DNA of 26,336 bases from a virus (Duplodnaviria > Heunggongvirae > Uroviricota > Caudoviricetes): the IMG/VR virus record IMGVR_UViG_2695420403_000013, positions 1-26,336 of that record. One strand, given 5' to 3'. Positions 17,771 to 26,336 of the stretch are shown in pieces. Positions within the stretch are counted from its first letter, which is position 1. The number at the start of each line of letters is the position of its first letter. The translations under genes and the position numbers were made by a program. The notes beneath the pieces are model-generated. The model saw only the letters and a program-made list of their open reading frames with translations, had not been told where the DNA came from and made no database searches.

Positions 17771-17959
17771 TCAGCTGATGACATCCATTGAGCGGTTGTA
17801 TTCGTGGGTTCTGATTTTTGCCATGAGTTCATCTGTCAGTTCAGAAACCCACTGCAAAGCCAGCCCCTTCTCTTCATCACTACACTCACTAGCCGCTACA
17901 AGCTTAAGAAAAAAATCAATGCGCTGGAGCTTCAAAGACTCCAAAAAATAGTCCTGCAT
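17771..17959 (-). CDS. Small protein (62 aa), first gene of the LexA-controlled operon; possible antirepressor (Tum N-terminal-like)
   Basis: ATG 17957-17959 preceded by AGGAGG. The longer listed ORF (start 18061) would run through the LexA box and is rejected. Confidence 0.4.
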   Translation of the reverse strand: MQDYFLESLKLQRIDFFLKLVAASECSDEEKGLALQWVSELTDELMAKIRTHEYNRSMDVIS

Positions 17960-18002
17960 CTTTCCTCCTATGACACCACAAGCAATACTGTATACATAAC
18001 CA

Positions 18003-18018
18003 CTGTTTATATTTACAG
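18003..18018 (-). promoter_or_regulatory. LexA operator (SOS box)
   Basis: CTGTttatatttACAG, a perfect CTGT-N8-ACAG with AT-rich spacer, about 40 bp upstream of the 17959 start. A half-site CTGT sits at 17988-17991. Confidence 0.6.
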
Positions 18019-18112
18019 TATATAATAATCTTACTGATGTAAAACGTTTTTTTACGTTCATTAGCCTGATATGCCTGGTATTATTAAGAGCACGAATTGT
18101 TAACCCGCGTAA

Positions 18113-20527
18113 TTAATACAGGTTTCGCCACTTATCATCTTCCTGCAAACGCTGGTTCCGATAGAAGATACGCAGGCCTGCTCCTGACGGAATACTGCCG
18201 CCGCGAAGGAGTAAATCGACCTCTTTCTCGCTGCCATTAAATCCTCTGGACTTCAGTTCATAGACGAGCTGCTGTCGCTGATGGTCTGTAATTCGCTGTT
18301 TGTAGTCTTTACGCCGTTTCGGTTTCACCAGGCGTAACCTTGCAGCCAGTTCCCGGCGCTCTTTTTTGCTCATACTGTGCAGGTAATCGTGCAACTCCTT
18401 GTCATCCATGCGGGTAATGTCCGTCCTAGTATCCCCATCAGCTGATTTGTCTTTCCCTTGTTGGTTCAAATTTTCAGCAAGGGGACAGTTATTGCCACGA
18501 GTCCAAGGGGCGCAAGCGCCCTGGTCGGCTGCCGCCTCCTGAACGTCAACGGCTTTACGAACCATTTTCCACTTCACTGCATGAGTGCAGATCTTGCCCT
18601 CTGCAATGGGTGACCAGATGCCATAAATACGAATACCGTGATCGCCATAGGCGGTCGGCTCTTCATTGATTTCATAAGCGGTTCTGATCAAGTGATATTT
18701 GCGAGGAACCAGCACGCCGCCCTGCCTCATAATGTAGGTGGCAAAACAGCCAGCATCAGCAGCAGCCAGGATGGCATCAAGGCGCGGGTTATCCAGTACC
18801 GGCGCACCTGCTTTTTTGTCACCCTGCTGCCTTGCCGCCTGACCAGCCAACAACCGCAGTTCACGGTAAGCCTGACGCCCTGGAATACCAAAGAAGCGGA
18901 ATTGCTGAACACGATGCAGAGACGCCCAGGCATTAACGTATTCAGCGTTATCACGCAGGGATTTACCCGTTTCCTTGCTGATCTCGCCAGCCAGACCACG
19001 CCCGTCAATGTTCTTACTGATGTATTTCGCGATGTAGCTTGTTGGCGTACCTTTGCGCGGGTTAATCAACTCAGACTTAAAGCGTGGTCCTGTGTTATTA
19101 CCCAGCTCCTCGCGGTCTTCACGAATGGCAAACTTACGCAACAAAGCAGTAATGGCGCGGCGATCTTTTTTGCGCATAAAACACAACAGGTGCCAGTGAA
19201 CTGTACCGTCATGATGCGGCTCAGCCACCCGCACGCCATACCAGCGCAATCCGGCTTTGTGCATCGCCTTACGAAATGCAGCAAACATGCCGACCAGATA
19301 ATCACTGCTTTGTCTTACCGTCGCATTTGTCCAGGTCGGGTTGGGCCTGCCGTTATTTAGCGTGGAATGGAAACGTGACGGACAGGTGATGGTGTAGAAA
19401 ACGGCGCAGTCACCGCGCATTTCCGCGATAAGCTCCAGACCTTTAACACATGCCATCATCTCATTGCGGCGATGCGCCGGGTTGCTACTACTGGCGTTTA
19501 CCACATCTTCCATATCCAGCGTGTCGCCGTCTTCGTTCACCAGTTCATGAGAACGGAAAAACTCCAGCGACTTACGGCGCTGCTCACGTTTATGCATCAC
19601 GGCTTCATAGCTGACATAGGGAGATGCTTTTTTGCTGACCAGGCAGACAGCACGCAACTGCTCTTCCCGCCATTCACAACGCATCTTCCACAATTTCCGA
19701 TACCACCAGTCGGCGCACAACATACGCGCCAGCGAACCCGGAATGAGTTCATAGGGCACGGGTTTACGGCGGTTTCTTTTCCGGCGGAGTTGCTCAAACG
19801 CAGGCGGTATGACATCCAGTCGCAGGGTTTCTGCTGCCACCTTTTCCCATGTCTTGCGGATTTCTTCTGGCTTAACATCATCGGTGGCATACAAATCACC
19901 ACAAGCGGCATCAAGACACATACTCATATGCGCAGCGACAAGAGTAGACAGGCGTTTCACCTGATCCTGACTCATTTCAGGCAAGATCAGCAGGCCGTCC
20001 AGCCCTTCATGGCTTGCCATAAAGCGAAAAGAAGTGGATAGCTGACTGTCGCGTACATGCTCCAGTCGTTCCAGACATGGCTTAATCGTCTCACGCAAAT
20101 AGCGGGAATAAGCCTTTGGCCTGCCCAGGCTGCTGAAGTATTCAATACGTTGCATCAGCGGCTTGCTGATATGGGAAGGCTGGGCGTTAACGTCCGCCAG
20201 TATGACCATGTCCGGATTAAAACGCTGCTGCTCATGCGCCAGCTTTGCCCGGCTAATGAGCTTATCCTGCTCCATTTCGCGCTGGACAGGATCACGTGAT
20301 TCATTAAAAAAATAACGCTCCCAGACCTGATCACTCAGTGCCTCGCGGCGCAACTGTTCCTGCTCGTTATCGGCAGCGTACAGAGTGATCTGGTTTGAAA
20401 GCGCAGAAACCGGCGCAACTTCCGCCGGGTCCAGATAAGGGTTAATGGCCTTTTTCGGACTGTTCCATGAGAACGCTGCGGCAGCCTCGTTAAAGCCGCA
20501 GCAGTTGCTCATATCGGCATGGCTCAT
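18113..20527 (-). CDS. A: Replication initiation protein (gpA-like rolling-circle endonuclease)
   Basis: 804 aa, size and position as P2/186 A. ATG overlaps the Dam stop (ATGA). Confidence 0.85.
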   Translation of the reverse strand: MSHADMSNCCGFNEAAAAFSWNSPKKAINPYLDPAEVAPVSALSNQITLYAADNEQEQLRREALSDQVWERYFFNESRDPVQREMEQDKLISRAKLAHEQQRFNPDMVILADVNAQPSHISKPLMQRIEYFSSLGRPKAYSRYLRETIKPCLERLEHVRDSQLSTSFRFMASHEGLDGLLILPEMSQDQVKRLSTLVAAHMSMCLDAACGDLYATDDVKPEEIRKTWEKVAAETLRLDVIPPAFEQLRRKRNRRKPVPYELIPGSLARMLCADWWYRKLWKMRCEWREEQLRAVCLVSKKASPYVSYEAVMHKREQRRKSLEFFRSHELVNEDGDTLDMEDVVNASSSNPAHRRNEMMACVKGLELIAEMRGDCAVFYTITCPSRFHSTLNNGRPNPTWTNATVRQSSDYLVGMFAAFRKAMHKAGLRWYGVRVAEPHHDGTVHWHLLCFMRKKDRRAITALLRKFAIREDREELGNNTGPRFKSELINPRKGTPTSYIAKYISKNIDGRGLAGEISKETGKSLRDNAEYVNAWASLHRVQQFRFFGIPGRQAYRELRLLAGQAARQQGDKKAGAPVLDNPRLDAILAAADAGCFATYIMRQGGVLVPRKYHLIRTAYEINEEPTAYGDHGIRIYGIWSPIAEGKICTHAVKWKMVRKAVDVQEAAADQGACAPWTRGNNCPLAENLNQQGKDKSADGDTRTDITRMDDKELHDYLHSMSKKERRELAARLRLVKPKRRKDYKQRITDHQRQQLVYELKSRGFNGSEKEVDLLLRGGSIPSGAGLRIFYRNQRLQEDDKWRNLY

Positions 20528-21381
20528 GCACGTACTCCGTACACGGCAGAACTATCCACGCCACGCGAATAATCAAATCCCACCCAGCAGCGCGGCCCGG
20601 AAACAGCAATGATTTCTGTTGCTGATTTACCCTCGCCAGCTGCCACACCGATGCTGCGTTTTACCTTGATATAGTGGTGAGTAAAATTGCGATACAGCGA
20701 ACGGATCAGGGATGTGTCACTGTTAGAAACAATGACCGGATGTCCTTCTGATGACCGATGTTCAAGAACGGATGCCAGGTGATACTGGTCATCTTCAGTG
20801 AAGCCGTCAGCGTGATAGCCGGAAAACGTACCGTCATAAGGCGGATCGCAATACACCACATCCCCCGCCTTCAACATCGCCAGCGTTTCATCAAAGCTGG
20901 CGCAGATAAACGTTGCTCGCTGGGCTTTTTCTGCAAAAGCGCGAATTTCTTTTTCAGGGAAATACGGATTTTTATAATTACCGTAGGGAATGTTGAAATG
21001 CCCGCTCTTGTTATAGCGACATAACCCACGGTAACCGTGACGATTGAGATACAGGAAATATACCGCTTTCATGAAATCAGTAATTTCAGTTGAGTAATTA
21101 AACTCCTGCCTTATGTTGTAATAAGCCACCTCCCTGTTTGCGATCTCAAATAAAACTTTGGCGCGAGATATAAACGATTCACAATCAGCGGCAACCTTTT
21201 TATAGAGGTTGATTAAATCAGGATTAATATCCGCAACCAGATAGCAGGGATAATCCGTCTCCATCATCACAGCACAGGAACCCGCGAAAGGTTCAACCAG
21301 TCGCGGACCAGCAGGAAGATGTTTTTTCAGTTCGGACATTACGGCGGTTTTATTTCCCGCCCATTTCAGGATGGTGCTCAT
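20524..21381 (-). CDS. dam: DNA adenine methyltransferase (Dam family, orphan)
   Basis: Start ATG 21379-21381 after GGAGG. Motif [12 protein letters not shown] and motif IV DPPY ([10 protein letters not shown]). Confidence 0.8.
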   Translation of the reverse strand: MSTILKWAGNKTAVMSELKKHLPAGPRLVEPFAGSCAVMMETDYPCYLVADINPDLINLYKKVAADCESFISRAKVLFEIANREVAYYNIRQEFNYSTEITDFMKAVYFLYLNRHGYRGLCRYNKSGHFNIPYGNYKNPYFPEKEIRAFAEKAQRATFICASFDETLAMLKAGDVVYCDPPYDGTFSGYHADGFTEDDQYHLASVLEHRSSEGHPVIVSNSDTSLIRSLYRNFTHHYIKVKRSIGVAAGEGKSATEIIAVSGPRCWVGFDYSRGVDSSAVYGVRA

Positions 21382-21605
21382 ACAGCACCTCCGTTGTAAT
21401 GTTTGCCTTTCAGCTCTGCGATTTCCTGACATGTAATGCAAAGCTGCACACCCGGAATGGCACGGCGGCGTGCTGGCGGAATTGGCGCTTCACACTCAAC
21501 GCAAAGCACGCGGGACACGCCCGGCGTTTTGGCACGGGCAGCACGGATATGGCGTTGGCGTTCTTCTTCAACGCGCTGCTGTACGAGATCCATTGCATCA
21601 GCCAT
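21378..21605 (-). CDS. TraR/DksA-family C4 zinc-finger protein
   Basis: 75 aa with CVEC...(17 aa)...CITC. Start overlaps the upstream stop (TAATG). Confidence 0.65.
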   Translation of the reverse strand: MADAMDLVQQRVEEERQRHIRAARAKTPGVSRVLCVECEAPIPPARRRAIPGVQLCITCQEIAELKGKHYNGGAV

Positions 21606-21844
21606 TAGTGGATCTCCTGCGCTTCGTTCTGGATTGCTTCAGCTGCCACACGCAGCAGTTCAGCCGCTTCAACGTGGTTTAGCTGGCGGGATGTGATATG
21701 GCACGCAAGGCTATCAAGGCGAGCTGCCATTGCTTCAGCTCTTGCCCGGCGTTCTTCCAGACGAGCCTCTGTCAGTAAAATATTAAGCCCTGCATCATCC
21801 GGTCCGGTTTTAGTCGTGAGGGTTTCAATATTACGCATAATCAA
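21605..21844 (-). CDS. Hypothetical early protein
   Basis: 79-aa ORF in the early operon, tightly packed with neighbours. Confidence 0.4.
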   Translation of the reverse strand: MIMRNIETLTTKTGPDDAGLNILLTEARLEERRARAEAMAARLDSLACHITSRQLNHVEAAELLRVAAEAIQNEAQEIH

Positions 21845-21905
21845 TTCTCCTGAATTTAGATAAAGGGATGCCCGGCGGGTTTACGCCATTAATTTCATTA
21901 GTTGG

Positions 21906-22247
21906 TTAATTCGGCATGGTTAGCCGTCTGGGAAATAAGCTCACCACTGCACGAAAATGATTCATTGCTTTAATCAACTCCCGCTTTTCGTCAGTGGTCA
22001 GCTCATTAATGCTGATGCTATGACGTTCAGCTGGAATTTTTGCCATAAAGAATATGGCAGCCAGTGCCCGTTTATTTTGTTCGCTATTAATATCCCGTGG
22101 ATTACGCATATCTTTAATAAACCGCTCAAGCTCTGACTCAATATTCAGGCCAAAAACTTTCGCTCTTAACTCCGCAATATGATTAAGTCCATTCAGGCGT
22201 TCACCGGGGCTTAATGGAACAGTCGCCGCAGCGCCTTCAATAGCCAT
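21906..22247 (-). CDS. Hypothetical early protein
   Basis: 113-aa ORF in the early operon. Confidence 0.4.
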   Translation of the reverse strand: MAIEGAAATVPLSPGERLNGLNHIAELRAKVFGLNIESELERFIKDMRNPRDINSEQNKRALAAIFFMAKIPAERHSISINELTTDEKRELIKAMNHFRAVVSLFPRRLTMPN

Positions 22248-22441
22248 TTGTTCCCCCGTTTTTTCGTTGATAGTTCTGCCAGCAATTCATCTTGTGAACG
22301 GCACGGATGCCAGCGTTTACCATCCTTACCCATTATCCAGCCGTGACCGTAGTGCATTGCCGGACTTTGTTTTACCAGCAGCGATGCAAATGATGGTTCT
22401 TTCGTAAGCATAAGCACCTCATAGCAAACCGAATGAAGCAC
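22211..22441 (-). CDS. Hypothetical early protein
   Basis: 76-aa ORF, overlapping its neighbours at both ends. Confidence 0.35.
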   Translation of the reverse strand: MLHSVCYEVLMLTKEPSFASLLVKQSPAMHYGHGWIMGKDGKRWHPCRSQDELLAELSTKKRGNKWLLKALRRLFH

Positions 22442-22937
22442 CGAGGCCAGTCACGGTATCAACTGCACTCGCCATCGCAGGATTAGCCTGTAAACGGGCC
22501 TGCAATGAAACAGCAGCCAACGCCATCAGTCGTGTTACAGAGTTAATGCTGCTGATCGCATCACGACGACCTGCACTGGTTTTTACATCGCCTGAAACCG
22601 CACCTGCAGCTACACGCCCGATCTCTGCTGTTGCACTCATGATGTAATGCGGCAGTTTCTCTTTTGCCACCTCATTAATCGGTACACATGGCAGACAATT
22701 AATCTGAGCCAAAAAGCCATCTACCAGCGTTGAATCTTCAGTCAGATCGGTAAGTAGCCAGATATCTGGTGCGGTTAATAAATGAGGTTGAGCTGGGTTC
22801 AGCTTGTTCCGCAGAATCTGCACATTCATGCCTGCACGTTCTGCCAGTTGCACCAGGTTGTGGCGCAGTGCGAAAGCACGACAGGCTTCATCAAAATGTG
22901 GATGTTTGGAAACTTGGTAATCAAACATAGTCGACAC
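22419..22937 (-). CDS. cII: CII-like transcriptional activator (186 CII-like)
   Basis: 172 aa. N-terminus [20 protein letters not shown]...[12 protein letters not shown] resembles 186 CII as I recall it. Position follows the apl-like gene. Confidence 0.55.
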   Translation of the reverse strand: MSTMFDYQVSKHPHFDEACRAFALRHNLVQLAERAGMNVQILRNKLNPAQPHLLTAPDIWLLTDLTEDSTLVDGFLAQINCLPCVPINEVAKEKLPHYIMSATAEIGRVAAGAVSGDVKTSAGRRDAISSINSVTRLMALAAVSLQARLQANPAMASAVDTVTGLGASFGLL

Positions 22938-22960
22938 TCCTGAAACACCCCAAAATGGAA

Positions 22961-23182
22961 CTAATTGAATGCAATATTGAAATCAGTAAGTGCATCAACG
23001 GTAAGAGCAGCAAGGTTGATCATTACCTTTTCTCTTTTTTTGTCTTTACGAAGACGATGCCGAGGGATGCGACCATCAGCCAGCATATCGTTGATTGTGT
23101 CGATTGAAAGGCCAGTAAGTTCGCTATAACGCTCGATTGTGACGTGTGGCGTATTCAGAGTTATTGAAATGTTAGGGGTCAT
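22961..23182 (-). CDS. apl: Apl/Cox-family excisionase/repressor (small HTH)
   Basis: 73 aa, first gene of the lytic operon, divergent from the repressor, GGAG ribosome-binding site. Confidence 0.6.
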   Translation of the reverse strand: MTPNISITLNTPHVTIERYSELTGLSIDTINDMLADGRIPRHRLRKDKKREKVMINLAALTVDALTDFNIAFN

Positions 23183-23270
23183 GATGCAACATCTCCTTTT
23201 AGCTTGTGGTGAGCTGGTTTTAATCGTGATAAAGACATCACAAAACGGAGAATAGGTTCACATAAAGAAC
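23183..23270. promoter_or_regulatory. Lysis-lysogeny switch region (divergent lytic/lysogenic promoters and operators)
   Basis: 88-bp intergenic region between the apl-like and cI-like genes. Contains the palindrome GTGAT-aaagac-ATCAC at 23226-23241. Confidence 0.5.
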
Positions 23271-24215
23271 ATGTCAACTCAAAAATTCACATTTCGCCAT
23301 ATGAATGACGATATGAAAGCCGTTGTCATACAGAATCGCGGTGGTCAGAAAGTAATTGAGCGGATACTCATGGCTTATGGCTTCAAGTCACGCCAGGCAT
23401 TCTGTAACCATCTAGGTATTTCCCAAAGCACGATGGCTAACAGATATGCCCGCGATACATTTCCTGCAGATTGGGTAGTTATCTGCTCAATGGAAACAGG
23501 AGCATCAATTAAATGGCTAGCATTTGGTTCAGATGATGACGAGCAAATGCCATCCCCTTCACCAGAACAACATGTTGAAACACACTCCGAAGATGGTTCT
23601 TATCATGATGTTCACTATAAACAACAAAAGTTCGACAATGAAAACTCCGTTGATTTTTCTCGAGGTGGCAAGGAAGCAATAGAACGAATTGTTAAGGCTT
23701 ACGGTTATAAGACGCGCCAAGCCTTAGCTGATCACTTAGGTATTTCAAAAAGCACATTAGCCACAAGATATATGCGTGATGTCTTTCCTTCAGACTGGAT
23801 AATTAAGTGCGCTCTAGAAACGGGTACTTCACTAACGTGGCTAACTACTGGTAAAGGCCCAAAGTTTGACGATGCAAGAAATGATGTAATTGCTATTACA
23901 CGCAAAAAAATCACTGATGGGAATCTATTTGAGTCAGATTTCTATATGCTTGATAAAGCATTAATACCAGACTCAATCCAATTACCACTGATTGTCAGTA
24001 CCCCAAAAAAAACATACCTATGTGATCAGTCATTTGATGAAATTACAGATGGTAAATGGATTGTTGAAATAGAAGGAAAAGTGAGCATTCGAACCCTAAC
24101 TAGGATACCTGTAGGAAGATTAAAAATCTCAGACAATTATTTATCGTTTGAATGTAATATTTCAGACATTGATGTTATTGCTAAATGCAAATTTTTGCTT
24201 ATAGAAGAATTATAA
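23271..24215 (+). CDS. cI: CI-type immunity repressor with a tandemly duplicated N-terminal HTH domain
   Basis: 314 aa. Two ~70-aa repeats (IERILMAYGFKSRQAFCNHLGISQSTMANRY...METGASIKWL and IERIVKAYGYKTRQALADHLGISKSTLATRY...LETGTSLTWL), each resembling the 186 CI N-domain, plus a CI-like C-terminal domain. Confidence 0.7.
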   Translation: MSTQKFTFRHMNDDMKAVVIQNRGGQKVIERILMAYGFKSRQAFCNHLGISQSTMANRYARDTFPADWVVICSMETGASIKWLAFGSDDDEQMPSPSPEQHVETHSEDGSYHDVHYKQQKFDNENSVDFSRGGKEAIERIVKAYGYKTRQALADHLGISKSTLATRYMRDVFPSDWIIKCALETGTSLTWLTTGKGPKFDDARNDVIAITRKKITDGNLFESDFYMLDKALIPDSIQLPLIVSTPKKTYLCDQSFDEITDGKWIVEIEGKVSIRTLTRIPVGRLKISDNYLSFECNISDIDVIAKCKFLLIEEL

Positions 24216-24227
24216 GAGGATATTGGA

Positions 24228-25202
24228 ATGGCCGGTTCCAATTGGAAAGATAATAGTGAAGAATATATCTCTAGAATCATTAAACTAGAGGAATTAAAAT
24301 CATATTTATCCGATAGTGTCTATAATGATTTGAAAAAACTATTGAATTCTTTAAAGTTTAATGAATTCGATGTGCTTTTTGATGTTTACAGTAAATATTT
24401 TTCTAAAAAATATAATTGTGAGCACATTAACCCCGAACGCACATCCTTAAAAAATAGTGAGATAGATGATTACATTTCAAAAATCACTAAATTAGAGCAT
24501 AAAGTGCGTGAATTGCAAAAAATCCATAACTCTCATTCAGAGCAAATGGAAAAGTTGAATGAAAAATTATTAAATGAAATGGAAAGTAAAAAAAAACTAG
24601 CATCACAGCTAGATTTCCAACACGCCAAAAACAATGAGCTAAAGCTTCAAAACCAAGAACTTTCAAGCAAAATCCAACAAAATAAAATTGACGAAAAAGT
24701 TCCTAAATATGTGCAGGGCGTCAAAGAAAAACTACAGCAGGATGATAAAGATTTCACTGCAATGTCTTACAATTGGGCGATAGCCGGAATACTATTTTCA
24801 TTATTATCTATAAGTGCCGCCTTTTTAACATTTTTTTATAAAATAGATATAAAAGATACTACCCCCATTGAACTTTTTTATTATTTCACTAGGGGCTTGC
24901 TTGGGGTTGCATTACTTTCTTGGCTTTCTTATTTTTGTTTAAACAATTCAAAAAAATACACACATGAAGCAATCATAAGAAAAGACAGACAACATGCTCT
25001 AATGTTTGGTGAAGTCTTCTTACAAATTTATGGTTCAACTGCGACAAAACAAGATGCTATTGATGTGTTTAAAGATTGGAACATGTCTGCTAATTCTGCA
25101 TTCGCAGATAAAATGCAGCCACCTCCAAATTTATTTAACATTCTAGGTACACTTGTAGATAAAAAATCAGCAGCAAATGATGACAGCATTACCAAAAAGT
25201 GA
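24228..25202 (+). CDS. Cargo gene in the lysogenic operon: coiled-coil plus two-TM membrane protein, unknown function
   Basis: 324 aa, AT-rich. Starts 13 nt after the cI stop with an AGAGGA ribosome-binding site. N-terminal ~170 aa heptad-rich and charged; helices WAIAGILFSLLSISAAFLTFFY and LLGVALLSWLSYFCL. Confidence 0.6.
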   Translation: MAGSNWKDNSEEYISRIIKLEELKSYLSDSVYNDLKKLLNSLKFNEFDVLFDVYSKYFSKKYNCEHINPERTSLKNSEIDDYISKITKLEHKVRELQKIHNSHSEQMEKLNEKLLNEMESKKKLASQLDFQHAKNNELKLQNQELSSKIQQNKIDEKVPKYVQGVKEKLQQDDKDFTAMSYNWAIAGILFSLLSISAAFLTFFYKIDIKDTTPIELFYYFTRGLLGVALLSWLSYFCLNNSKKYTHEAIIRKDRQHALMFGEVFLQIYGSTATKQDAIDVFKDWNMSANSAFADKMQPPPNLFNILGTLVDKKSAANDDSITKK

Positions 25203-25283
25203 TGATGTATGACAACATGTATCTAATACATTGACACTGGTTATACATACAGTGAAAATGCTCTCTATTGGAGGGCATTTTTT

Positions 25284-26336
25284 ATGGCAGTACGAAAACT
25301 CACCACAGGAAAATGGCTTTGCGAATGTTACCCCGCCGGACGTAGTGGGCGTCGTGTGCGTAAACAATTCGCCACCAAAGGCGAAGCACTGGCTTTTGAG
25401 CGTCACACGATGGAAGAAACCGAAGCAAAGCCCTGGCTGGGCGAATCAGTAGATCGTCGAACCCTGAAAGACGTGGTTGAGCTATGGTTCAAACTACATG
25501 GTAAATCTCTGACTGCTGGGCAGCATGTCTATGACAAATTGCTGCTGATGGTTGACGCTCTGGGCAATCCCCTTGCAACCGATCTCACATCTAAAATGTT
25601 TGCCCATTATCGAGATAAACGACTGACAGGTGAGATCTACTTCAGCGAGAAATGGAAGAAAGGAGCCAGCCCGGTCACCATTAACCTAGAGCAAAGCTAT
25701 CTAAGTAGTGTTTTTAGCGAACTATCCCGCCTGGGCGAATGGTCATATCCAAACCCACTGGAGAACATGCGAAAATTCACCATCGCAGAAAAAGAGATGG
25801 CATGGCTTACCCATGAGCAGATTGTTGAATTACTGGCTGATTGCAAACGTCAGGACCCAATTCTGGCACTGGTAGTTAAGATATGCTTAAGCACAGGCGC
25901 ACGCTGGCGAGAAGCCGTAAATCTTACTCGTTCACAGGTGACCAAATACCGAATTACCTTTGTAAGAACGAAGGGGAAGAAAAACAGAAGCATCCCTATC
26001 AGTAAAGAGCTTTACGAAGAGATCATGGCGCTTGATGGGTTCAATTTCTTCACAGACTGCTATTTTCAATTTTTATCCGTGATGGAAAAAACGTCTATCG
26101 TGCTCCCTCGCGGTCAACTCACACACGTTCTGCGCCATACGTTTGCGGCGCACTTCATGATGTCGGGTGGAAACATTCTGGCCTTACAAAAAATTCTCGG
26201 ACACCACGATATAAAAATGACTATGCGTTACGCACATCTGGCACCGGATCATCTGGAAACGGCGCTCCGTTTCAATCCTCTGGCAACGCTGCCAAGTGGC
26301 GACAAAGTGGCGGCAGCGGTTGGCATTACCCCGTAA
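25284..26336 (+). CDS. int: Tyrosine integrase (P2/186 Int family)
   Basis: 350 aa. C-terminal catalytic motifs ...HVLRHTFAAHFMMSGG...LGHHDIKMTMRYAHL. GGAGGG ribosome-binding site. Ends at the window edge. Confidence 0.9.
   Translation: MAVRKLTTGKWLCECYPAGRSGRRVRKQFATKGEALAFERHTMEETEAKPWLGESVDRRTLKDVVELWFKLHGKSLTAGQHVYDKLLLMVDALGNPLATDLTSKMFAHYRDKRLTGEIYFSEKWKKGASPVTINLEQSYLSSVFSELSRLGEWSYPNPLENMRKFTIAEKEMAWLTHEQIVELLADCKRQDPILALVVKICLSTGARWREAVNLTRSQVTKYRITFVRTKGKKNRSIPISKELYEEIMALDGFNFFTDCYFQFLSVMEKTSIVLPRGQLTHVLRHTFAAHFMMSGGNILALQKILGHHDIKMTMRYAHLAPDHLETALRFNPLATLPSGDKVAAAVGITP

Larger units (their letters stand above)
1..26336 (-). mobile_element. P2/186-family prophage (partial at both window edges), late genes on the - strand
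   Basis: Gene order H-I-J-W-V-S-R-lysB/C-K-Y-X-L-M-N-O then divergent P-Q, then cos-like site, A, early region, cI-like, int matches the P2 map read in reverse. Protein lengths are close to P2 counterparts as I recall them (X 67 aa, J 302 aa, N 352 aa, P 588 aa, Q 343 aa). Confidence 0.85.

Noticed and set aside
17960-18061. Longer start (18061) for the first gene of the Tum-like operon
   Set aside because: It would place the LexA box and promoter inside the coding region. The internal ATG at 17957-17959 has an AGGAGG ribosome-binding site.
18638-19360. 240-aa + strand ORF inside replication gene A
   Set aside because: Antisense shadow ORF in GC-rich coding DNA.
1-26336. Serine invertase (Gin/Hin/Pin-type) gene within the window
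   Set aside because: Scanned all six-frame translations for an invertase-like N-terminus and found none. The invertase, if any, must lie outside the window.
26300-26336. attachment site or tRNA at the integrase end
   Set aside because: The window ends at the integrase stop codon, so no flanking sequence is available to assess.

Overview
Nearly the whole window is one P2/186-family temperate myovirus prophage, lying in reverse orientation to the standard P2 map and running off both ends of the window. From left to right: an alternative tail-fibre cassette (+ strand), the tail fibre and baseplate genes H-I-J-W-V (- strand), the tail completion, lysis and head genes S-R-LysB/LysC-K-Y-X-L-M-N-O (- strand), the divergent terminase/portal genes P-Q (+ strand), a cos-like site, a LexA-box-controlled Tum/DinI-like module, replication gene A with a coupled Dam methylase, a 186-like early/lysogeny region (CII-like, Apl-like, divergent CI-like repressor) and a tyrosine integrase ending at the window edge. 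The SOS and lysogeny modules make it look closer to 186 than to P2. Four visibly AT-rich cargo insertions sit in this backbone: (1) a multi-pass membrane protein between V and S, (2) a KAP-type P-loop NTPase between the portal gene and cos, (3) a signal-peptide protein between cos and the Tum-like operon, and (4) a coiled-coil/two-TM protein between the repressor and integrase. The most striking structure is a pair of 26-bp inverted sites (22 of 26 identical, hix/gix-like core) inside the two convergent tail-fibre reading frames, at the same codon phase, which would let a Gin/Hin-type invertase swap the receptor-binding C-terminus of H. No invertase gene is in the window. All assignments come from reading the translations and from recalled family knowledge; no database search was run.
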